Shown: positions 43,695 to 50,897 of the stretch, in pieces | How the letters are laid out: each line of letters begins with the position of its first letter | How positions within the stretch are numbered: position 1 is the stretch's first letter | NCBI GenBank assembly: GCA_963779055.1 | Contig: CAVZWN010000004.1 | Location: forward strand, 610,233 to 674,232 | DNA: 64,000 nucleotides | Source of the DNA: an uncultured Gammaproteobacteria bacterium | GTDB taxonomy: Bacteria > Pseudomonadota > Gammaproteobacteria > Burkholderiales > Sulfuricellaceae | Direction of reading: 5' to 3' | Program-made: the position numbers and the translations under genes | The notes under the pieces: generated by a model | Told to the model about the DNA's origin: nothing | The model's input: the letters and a program-made list of their open reading frames with translations, nothing else | The model's database searches: none

Positions 43695-43880
43695 ATGAAT
43701 CAAAACAAAGTTCAACATTGCGTAGAACAGGTTTGCCAGAAAGGATGTACGGATGTACTGGAGATGATCTGCGCACTGGAACAACGCCAGGCCGTTACGG
43801 AAACACTTGACCTGAGCAGCGACGAAGTTCGTGTCGTCCTGTCGGAGCTCAAAAGCATCATGGCCATTTATCAAAGATGA
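43695..43880 (+). CDS. Hypothetical small Cys-containing protein (61 aa)
   Basis: ATG-initiated ORF in an otherwise empty 290-nt gap, with four Cys in the first 26 residues. I recognise no family. Confidence 0.35.
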   Translation: MNQNKVQHCVEQVCQKGCTDVLEMICALEQRQAVTETLDLSSDEVRVVLSELKSIMAIYQR

Positions 43881-43902
43881 GCCACAAAAATCCGCCCGGA
43901 TT

Positions 43903-44343
43903 TTAACGCCTGCGTCGCCCCTCATAGGCAGCGATTTCCTTAACCACCTCCTGATAGGGCACTTCCTGCAAAGCCCCGAAGCGGTTCTGAATTTCACCTG
44001 TCAGCGCATGTATATTTGCGGCCAAAGCAGCTTCCTGATCAAACAAGCGCTGAATTCCCAGCAAGCCACCGCACTGAACCTTGATTTCCTTGGCATGCGG
44101 CAAGGGCGCATCCGGGTGAGTGGTTCTGAGCGCAAACGCGGCATTCTGATGCAGCAGACCATGCAGCGTCAGGCAATTCTCGCGCGCCGCCATTGCCCCG
44201 CAAGCGACCGCCTCGCGTTCAGCAATACTCAGTTTACGCGCCTGGTCACATTCGGCACATCGGCTCAGAATGGCCTTCTCGAACGGGCACGAGAGCCTCA
44301 CCTTCTCGTCATAGGTGGCTTTATATGCGCCTTCGTTCAGCAC
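43903..44343 (-). CDS. Hypothetical protein (146 aa, Cys-rich)
   Basis: ORF with a CPF...C..C cluster. It is tightly packed (3-nt gap) behind the 44347..44577 gene. No family recognised. Confidence 0.5.
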   Translation of the reverse strand: MLNEGAYKATYDEKVRLSCPFEKAILSRCAECDQARKLSIAEREAVACGAMAARENCLTLHGLLHQNAAFALRTTHPDAPLPHAKEIKVQCGGLLGIQRLFDQEAALAANIHALTGEIQNRFGALQEVPYQEVVKEIAAYEGRRRR

Positions 44344-44346
44344 TGC

Positions 44347-44577
44347 CTAATAATCCTCACCAGTCATGGGCTGAGGTTCGCGCTCCTGATTCAATACGTC
44401 CTCGGCCTGCAACTGGTTCTCGCCAAACATGACCTTGATCGATACTTTGGGATCTGCCGCAAGATCCTGACGCAGATTCTTGGCGTGAGCACTCGCTTCC
44501 TTGAAAGCATCGAACTGACCAGCAAACTCGAACTGCTTGAAGGGAAAAGTCGTCATTTTAAAAACATAATAGGGCAT
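44347..44577 (-). CDS. Hypothetical protein (76 aa)
   Basis: Preferred start MPYYVFKMTTFPFKQFEF at 44577; the track ORF extends to 44634. No family recognised. Confidence 0.45.
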   Translation of the reverse strand: MPYYVFKMTTFPFKQFEFAGQFDAFKEASAHAKNLRQDLAADPKVSIKVMFGENQLQAEDVLNQEREPQPMTGEDY

Positions 44578-44703
44578 GGGCTCTCCAGAAACTAATTCAT
44601 TATTTTGTTGCACATAAGGGCAAACTTGAGACAAATCAAGGTTAATTGTTACAGATAAGTAAAGAATTAGACATGGTCCAATCCTTTGGGTAGAATTTTC
44701 ACT

Positions 44704-45123
44704 ATGAGATCGACTGAATATACACGCGACAACATGGTTGAGCTACTGCGCCAGCATGGCATCAACCCCACCCACCAGCGGATAGAAATTGCATATGCGC
44801 TGTTTTCACACCATGAACACCTGTGTGCGGATCAGGTGATGTCCATCGCCAACGCCAAGCATAGCGAAACTTCCAAGGCCACGGTGTACAACACGCTCAA
44901 CCTGTTTCTGGACAAGAAAATGATCCGCGAAGTGATCGTGGATCCGAGCAAGGTTTTTTACGACCCCAATACCTGCCCTCATCACCATTTCTACAATACC
45001 GCTACCGGCGAACTGACCGATATCGATGTCGAGGACTTCGGCCTGACCGGCCTCCCTCAACTGCCTCCGGGGCTGGTGACAGAAGGCGTGGACATCATTG
45101 TTCGAGTCCGGCCCAGCGCCTGA
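44704..45123 (+). CDS. Fur-family transcriptional regulator, Irr-like subtype (HHH motif, no CxxC pairs)
   Basis: GINPTHQRIEIAYALF...HLCADQV...KATVYNTLNLF winged helix, then YDPNTCPHHHFYNTATGELTDID...VDIIVRVR. It lacks the structural-Zn CxxC pairs of canonical Fur. Confidence 0.8.
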   Translation: MRSTEYTRDNMVELLRQHGINPTHQRIEIAYALFSHHEHLCADQVMSIANAKHSETSKATVYNTLNLFLDKKMIREVIVDPSKVFYDPNTCPHHHFYNTATGELTDIDVEDFGLTGLPQLPPGLVTEGVDIIVRVRPSA

Positions 45124-45129
45124 AACGCT

Positions 45130-45771
45130 CTAGACCGCGCTTCCCGGGATCGCGCGCAGGAACTCCATGCGCAAGTGCTCACTCTCCCGAAAACATCCGG
45201 TGAAGGCTTGCGTATAGACGCGTTCGTCACCTCGCCGGTCCTCGCCCAGGAGCAGGCACAACTGCTCAGCCTCGATCACGCACGCAGCACCTTTCGCATG
45301 ACCGAAGCTCACCAGCGCTTCGGCAATATCACGCGTCATCCATTCCTGATAAGTAAAGCGATGGCCGATGGCATCCACCAGTCGGGCTATGCGTCCGAAG
45401 CCGTGCAGACGGCCGCCGGGGATATAGGCCACATGCGCCACGCCCCGGAAGGGCACCAGATGGTGAGGGCAGACCCCATGCACGGCAATGCCGCGTACCA
45501 CCACCATGTCTTCCCTGGTGTCTTCGAACCCCTCACCCAGCACGCCGGCCGGGTCAAGGTCATACCCCCCCAGCAGGCGCTTCTCCCACAATTCACGCAC
45601 CCGCTTCGCTGTCTTGCCGGTATGCGCAGCATCCGGTGAAACGCCACAGGCGCTGAGCATATCCGACACCGCCTGTTCGAATGCATCACCGTTGAATTGT
45701 CCCGTCCTGGGGATGCCGATTCCGCCCTGCGGAGGAAAACGGAAACTATCGTGATCGCAACATTGGGACAT
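45130..45771 (-). CDS. folE: GTP cyclohydrolase I (FolE type)
   Basis: ...GKTAKRV.ELW.....GY......VVVRGIAVHGVCPHHLVPFRGVAHVAYIPGGRL.GFGRIARLVD. ATG 45771 is preferred. Confidence 0.85.
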   Translation of the reverse strand: MSQCCDHDSFRFPPQGGIGIPRTGQFNGDAFEQAVSDMLSACGVSPDAAHTGKTAKRVRELWEKRLLGGYDLDPAGVLGEGFEDTREDMVVVRGIAVHGVCPHHLVPFRGVAHVAYIPGGRLHGFGRIARLVDAIGHRFTYQEWMTRDIAEALVSFGHAKGAACVIEAEQLCLLLGEDRRGDERVYTQAFTGCFRESEHLRMEFLRAIPGSAV

Positions 45772-46272
45772 GGAGCAGGTGCTCGCAAAATGGATGGAGC
45801 CACTTTTATCACGCACGCCAGCCGCATGTCAAAAGCAGCCGGTAATGATCACTTCACTCTCGGCACCTCCAGACCTTACACGCGAAGAAGGACACTTCAG
45901 ACACGGAAATCCATGACACCCTCACCCTTCCTGATGCGATCAGCCAGCCAAGGGAAAGCCACCGGCCAGAAGCCTTTGGATGGAGTAAACTGCCACACAG
46001 GAGATCAGCGCGCTCCCGGCCCGGCTTTTCATGGTACGGACATCAGATGACTGCGCAGCCGACTCGATGAAAATGCCTAAAATGATCCTGGATTGAAGAA
46101 TGGATAGCGCCCTTCTGGTTGCTGCTGCCGTCTTTGCCTGGCTGTTTCTCAGGTTCTACTTTGTAAATTTGTGACAGCGACTTGATGGCGCTTCCATCAC
46201 ATCTGGCAAGAAACCCGGAGTAAATAATTGAAAAAACGACTGATCGGAAAGACACAACCCGTGGATGCATCC

Positions 46273-46704
46273 ATGCAGAAAAACTGGCTGGACGTGACCG
46301 ATTTGGTGGAAGTGGAAATCACTTCTGAAGACGCCGCACACCCGATTGAGGCTGCATTGCTGCCCGATGGTACGGGGTGGCGTGCTGCAGAGCCGGGCAA
46401 GCAGACGATCCGGCTGATATTTGCTGCCGCGCAAGATATTGCGCAAATTTATCTCAGTTTCATTGAGCCGGAACTTCAACGCACCCAGGAATATGACTTG
46501 CGCTGGTCTCCCGATGGGGGCCGGTCATTTCAGCACATCGCCAGGCAGCAATGGAATTTCAGCCCTTCCGGAGCAACGTCGGAAACCGAGCATCACGACG
46601 TTCACCTGAGCGGCGTGACCGTTCTGGAGTTGAACATTACGCCCGACATCAGCGGAAATCATGCCCTGGCTTCTATCGCGCAGTTTCGGATAGCACAGGT
46701 TTAA
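46273..46704 (+). CDS. Conserved hypothetical protein (about 143 aa), possibly with a galactose-binding-domain-like fold
   Basis: MQKNWLDVTDLVEVEITSEDAAHPIEAALLP...GWRAAEPGKQTIRLIF...QEYDLRWSPDGGRSFQHIARQQWNFSP. GC-rich native-looking codon usage. The family assignment is from memory only. Confidence 0.6.
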   Translation: MQKNWLDVTDLVEVEITSEDAAHPIEAALLPDGTGWRAAEPGKQTIRLIFAAAQDIAQIYLSFIEPELQRTQEYDLRWSPDGGRSFQHIARQQWNFSPSGATSETEHHDVHLSGVTVLELNITPDISGNHALASIAQFRIAQV

Positions 46705-47129
46705 CTGACACAGCGCAGGGTAGGGCTGATTTTGCATGGGGTCACCTGGCAGAAGAGTCATTTTTAACGACGGCTTTTCTGCCAATAGCTGTCAGATGAC
46801 ACCATGACTCCTAATCGTCACTTTCGACACGAAGCCGTCTGATGTCAAATGGAAGTAATTTGGCTGCTTATTGAAAACAAAGCGGCCAATCTAGGAAATC
46901 CTTCGTAGGTCGGCAACTCGGCCTTTGCCGCCATTAGGCGCTGAAGTGCATTACGTCTGTTGAGTGCCAATAGCGGAACTTCGCAAAATACACAAAGCTT
47001 CCCTTCGCTATGGGTGGTACGGATTACTATGGCGATTTGCTCGGGCCATTGGTGTACTTATTCTAATCAACGAAATTTGATATTCTCAAAACGTTAAAAT
47101 CAGTCAATCACGTAGAAGAGATATGTGCA

Positions 47130-47921
47130 ATGTCAATATCGCTAACGCCATACACACTCGGAACGCTTTGCAGTGGTTTCAGCTGGACTGTTGCCGACGA
47201 AGACTTGCTGGCCGATCAAATTGCACGTATTGCTTTGGGGCACTCGCGACATGTTCAGAAAATCTTGGCTGGTGCAAATTTGGCGGAGCCATTAACAACT
47301 GCCAGTGCAGAAACAAGTGCCATCGCTATGCTTACAGTTACAAATGGAAGCGATCCATGGCATCGAGATGGCTGGCTTTTTCAAGCAATGTCATGGATAG
47401 CTGCAAACAAGGCATCACCAGGAGGATTGATCCGTTCTCCTCAGATGACTTTGGCCCAAAAGGGGTTTGATGGTTTACAACTTGAATTGGATACGAATGC
47501 CGGGACAGTTTCCGCAGCCATCATTTTTGAGGATAAGGCAACGGAGAATCCACGCAATACGATTCGAGATGATGTCTGGCCTGAATTCAAAGCGTTTGAA
47601 TCGGGTGACCGAGATAATGTTCTGACCGCCGAAATGATAGCAATTTTGCAGACACATCCGAATATTGATCCTGATCTTGCAATTCAGAATATCCTGTGGA
47701 ATGAGGTTCGTCGCTACCGCATAAGTATTACCGTCGGAGATACTCATTCTGATGATGCCGGTCGCAAACGGCTCTTTAATGATTACGATACATCCGTTGT
47801 AGGTGATATTCAGCGGCGCCGAGGTGAAACAATTCAGATCAACAATCTCAGACAGTGGATGAATAACTTGGCCCAGAAAGTAATTGCTGCAATTCAAGTG
47901 CGGGTGGCAGCAAATGTTTGA
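47130..47921 (+). CDS. PD-(D/E)xK-like nuclease candidate, HamA-like partner of the helicase (263 aa)
   Basis: The ATG-initiated ORF overlaps the helicase start by 8 nt (ATGTTTGA). It has GFDGLQLEL (D114) followed by AAIIFEDKA (E134-x-K136), i.e. a D...ExK signature. Size and gene order match the DUF1837/HamA component of Hachiman. Family membership has not been verified. Confidence 0.6.
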   Translation: MSISLTPYTLGTLCSGFSWTVADEDLLADQIARIALGHSRHVQKILAGANLAEPLTTASAETSAIAMLTVTNGSDPWHRDGWLFQAMSWIAANKASPGGLIRSPQMTLAQKGFDGLQLELDTNAGTVSAAIIFEDKATENPRNTIRDDVWPEFKAFESGDRDNVLTAEMIAILQTHPNIDPDLAIQNILWNEVRRYRISITVGDTHSDDAGRKRLFNDYDTSVVGDIQRRRGETIQINNLRQWMNNLAQKVIAAIQVRVAANV

Positions 47922-50496
47922 TACGGATACTGTTGCATTAATGTCACGTGCGCCTGCATTGAGCGGGCTGAATATGACCGAATTACCACAACGCCTTACA
48001 AACGCTTACGCATCAATTGTTGCTGCCAGAATACGTTTAAGGACGACAGAAGATGCTAGTGAGATACCGGAGGGCTTGGCTGAAATCGTACGCGAGATGA
48101 AACGGCTTGCGTTCACTCATGAAGCATTTGTGTCCGCTATCTCCAACCGGGAGAATCGAGCCTCTGCGGCTTTCGTTGCAGGGGCGGCGCATCATGTTAG
48201 CTTGCTTGCCGAGACGATACGAAACAGAGAGCCACGACCAAGCTATCTGGGATTCCAAGCCATTTCGCCTGAAGTTTCTGCAACCTTACTGTTTCTTATT
48301 GCAGAATCTAGCGCTGACTCCGCTGAGCTTGCAAAAGCTATCGTTGTTCCAACTGACTTCACAGTTGAATCCGCCCTGCTTGCTGCAATTAAACATTTGG
48401 CAAATGGTCAGTTGCGACAGCTTGTAAATGTGCAGTGCCCCACTTCAGAACAATTTCTGGCTACTGACTTAAGCAATCAAGCGGTACAAACCCTTTATCA
48501 CCTGCTATTTAAAGGTATTCGGGCCTTGGCATTTACCATGCTCGGCGAGGAGGATTTAATCGAAGAAACCCCTGACGCTTTATTCAGTCGAGTTAAAAGC
48601 CTATGCGTTGAGCCAATTGGAAATATTTTCAACAGTGAAGAAGTGCCATACTTCAGCTTGTACCCTGGGCCGCTACATCTAGCATCCTTGCTGGCCTCTG
48701 TTGCAAGGGATATCACTTCATCAGCCCTAATAAACATAACGCCTCCTAGCCTGACTGATGGTGACACGTGGTCAAGATTTATGCGTGGAATCGCAGAAAG
48801 ACGGCCCTATTTGTGGCGAAATCACCGGCAAGCCATTGAGGCTGGTTATTTGGAGCCCGGGACGTCTGCGGCTGTTAGCTTCCCGACCGGAGCTGGAAAA
48901 TCAACTCTAGCTGAGTTGAAAATTGCAGTCACTATTCTGCGCGGTTTTAAGGTTATTTTCCTTGCGCCAACTCTTGCCCTCGTAGACCAGACCGCAAATG
49001 CTATGGCGACTACGTTTCCAGGAAATCAAGTCCAAAAGGAGCTGGTAGAAGCACTTCCTTTTAATATTGATGAGGATGGACTATCGGCAATTACCGTCAT
49101 GACTCCTGAACGGTGCCTAGCGATGCTAAGTTTTGATGACGGCATCTTCAATCAAATTGGACTGATCGTGTTTGACGAATGTCATTTATTGCACCCTCGT
49201 GATACTGACAGAAGTCGTCGTGCTATTGATGCCATGCTTTGCATACTGAATCTGACTAGAGTGGCTCCCGGAGCGGATTTGCTCTTGCTTTCGGCAATGA
49301 TGAGAAATACCGCCGAGATTGCTGGTTGGATACAAAGCCTCACCAGCAGACCCTGTTTACCACTAGAGCTGACTTGGAAACCGACCCGCCAGGTGCGGGG
49401 GTGCGTAGTTTATGGGTCAACAGAAATTAACGCCCTTCAGAATCGACTTGATGAAGCAAGAGCGGAATATACAAACAAGAATGCACCCACCGCAGTAAAA
49501 CGCGAACTGGTTGCATTGCCATATGGTTTTTTCTGTCTAAGTCAGACTTGGCAATCACAGGAACGAAGTAACTATGCGCTGCTTCAGTTGCTTGATGACA
49601 ATGTGCAACTTGGTACTGGGACTGCAACTGATCCTGATCGTTGGTACTTAACTCCGAACGGGAACGAAGTTGCCTCCGCTATAGCGGAGGCCACGGCTCG
49701 ACAACATTTGAAGACGCTAGTTTTTACACAAACCATACCTTTAGCGAATAGTGCCACTAAAAATCTTAGTCGTCGCCTAGGTCGCCCAGGCTGTGTGCTA
49801 ACTGAAGCAGAAATACTTCTCTTTGAAGTGGCTGTGGATGAGGCTGGGGGACGTAATCATATTTATCTTGAAATCGATGCTGATAATGGCCTTGTTTCAT
49901 CATGCGCTTGTCATCACGGACTTTTGTTGGCGGTCGAGCGCCATTTGCATGAGTCCCTGTATAAAAGGCCAGATGGAATCAATGTCCTTGTGGCGACCTC
50001 CACACTTGCGCAAGGAATGAACCTGCCAAGCGAAGTTGTCATCATCGGCGGTGATCGTCGTTTCGATCCAGGTCAAAACAGAATGGAGCAACTTGAGGCT
50101 CATGAACTATTAAATGCAGCTGGTCGTGCGGGGCGTGCGGGGGAGGCTTCATATGGTTTCGTTCTCGTTGTGCCTAGCAAGGTAGTTCATTTCAATAATG
50201 AGACGAGCAGAATTCATCGGCATTGGGCAGATTTACAGGCCATCTTCGCGCAAAGTGATCAATGTCTCGTAATTGATGATCCATTGGAGGCTTTACTTGA
50301 TCATATAAATCTTTCTGCGACGGAATTGACTCCGATGGATAGCTATTTTATCGGAAGGCTTCCTATTGGTGAGCAGGCGAATGAAGGTGGAAATGACGCG
50401 CCCGCTCGTGCGCTTCTTGGCAGATCTTGGTGCGATCATGCTGCGATTCACGCTAAAGAAAGTTTGCGCTCATCAATTCCAATAATGAAAAAATGA
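47914..50496 (+). CDS. Superfamily-2 Ski2-like DExH helicase, HamB-like (about 860 aa)
   Basis: Motif I FPTGAGKST (48880-48906), Ia APTLALVDQ, TPER, II DECH (49174-49185), III SAM, V ATSTLAQGMNLP and VI AAGRAGRAG (within 50113-50142). These are preceded by ~320 aa with no recognisable motif. ATG 47914 is preferred over track start 47884. Confidence 0.8.
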   Translation: MFDTDTVALMSRAPALSGLNMTELPQRLTNAYASIVAARIRLRTTEDASEIPEGLAEIVREMKRLAFTHEAFVSAISNRENRASAAFVAGAAHHVSLLAETIRNREPRPSYLGFQAISPEVSATLLFLIAESSADSAELAKAIVVPTDFTVESALLAAIKHLANGQLRQLVNVQCPTSEQFLATDLSNQAVQTLYHLLFKGIRALAFTMLGEEDLIEETPDALFSRVKSLCVEPIGNIFNSEEVPYFSLYPGPLHLASLLASVARDITSSALINITPPSLTDGDTWSRFMRGIAERRPYLWRNHRQAIEAGYLEPGTSAAVSFPTGAGKSTLAELKIAVTILRGFKVIFLAPTLALVDQTANAMATTFPGNQVQKELVEALPFNIDEDGLSAITVMTPERCLAMLSFDDGIFNQIGLIVFDECHLLHPRDTDRSRRAIDAMLCILNLTRVAPGADLLLLSAMMRNTAEIAGWIQSLTSRPCLPLELTWKPTRQVRGCVVYGSTEINALQNRLDEARAEYTNKNAPTAVKRELVALPYGFFCLSQTWQSQERSNYALLQLLDDNVQLGTGTATDPDRWYLTPNGNEVASAIAEATARQHLKTLVFTQTIPLANSATKNLSRRLGRPGCVLTEAEILLFEVAVDEAGGRNHIYLEIDADNGLVSSCACHHGLLLAVERHLHESLYKRPDGINVLVATSTLAQGMNLPSEVVIIGGDRRFDPGQNRMEQLEAHELLNAAGRAGRAGEASYGFVLVVPSKVVHFNNETSRIHRHWADLQAIFAQSDQCLVIDDPLEALLDHINLSATELTPMDSYFIGRLPIGEQANEGGNDAPARALLGRSWCDHAAIHAKESLRSSIPIMKK

Positions 50497-50624
50497 ATCG
50501 CCGTGCAGTTCACCGAAAATTTGGATTGATTGAACCATATTTATCTCCTGCTATGCCTGAAGAGAATTTTGCTGACACGCTCGGCAGGGTCAAGAGTGCG
50601 GTGTTGGCTGCCTCGTTATTTTGA
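50493..50624 (+). CDS. 43-codon ORF ATGA-coupled to the helicase stop (separate small gene, or the helicase C-terminal tail displaced by a homopolymer miscount)
   Basis: MNRRAVHRKFGLIEPYLSPAMPEENFADTLGRVKSAVLAASLF. Its ATG (50493-50495) overlaps the helicase TGA (50494-50496) directly after an A6 run. It is below the 60-aa track cut-off. Confidence 0.25.
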   Translation: MNRRAVHRKFGLIEPYLSPAMPEENFADTLGRVKSAVLAASLF

Positions 50625-50897
50625 TGAATGCAATTAGCGCCAATGTCAGGAGTGGGGGCGGAAGCGGAAATGGATCAGATGAACTCCAGTGGCAGCTCAG
50701 GCCGAGTTGCTGTCCGAACGTTAACGGCGGCGAATGTCTGCTTCGGCAGGAGTTACCTGCCGTTCAACTTCGTAGATTTCTGATCCTCTGGATGACCGGA
50801 CCTGGCACTCAGCACCCATTCGCCACCCGAACAGAAGAGTCCTCTTGCGCTGCATTGCTGACGCCCAGCCAGACCAAGTCTGGGCCAGTCTACGTAA

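Larger units (their letters stand above)
46705..50897. other. AT-richer accessory island (putative horizontally acquired defence locus) between a conserved hypothetical gene and hemW
   Basis: There is an abrupt by-eye shift to A/T-ending codons. The long antisense shadow ORFs seen over every other gene in the track are missing here. About 400 nt of non-coding DNA flanks the two genes on each side. No integrase, transposase or tRNA lies at the borders. Confidence 0.7.

Noticed and set aside
42344-43810. 488-aa plus-strand ORF.
   Set aside because: It runs antisense through tRNA-Leu, secG and tpiA, all of which are securely identified on the minus strand.
44590-44615. AT-rich stretch AACTAATTCATTATTTTG upstream of the Fur-family gene, which looked like a Fur box.
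   Set aside because: It matches the 19-bp GATAATGATAATCATTATC consensus only with a gap and several mismatches, so it is not convincing.
46100-46174. 24-codon hydrophobic ORF (MDSALLVAAAVFAWLFLRFYFVNL) in the 500-nt folE/46273 divergent spacer, which could be a small membrane peptide or a type I toxin.
   Set aside because: It is too short to support from sequence alone, with no clear RBS and no recognisable family. I note it only as something to revisit with expression data.
47070-47129. Possible sigma-70 promoter for the island genes (TTGATA ... TAAAAT).
   Set aside because: The spacer between the two hexamers is only 12 nt, outside the functional 16-18 nt range. No better pair was found by eye.
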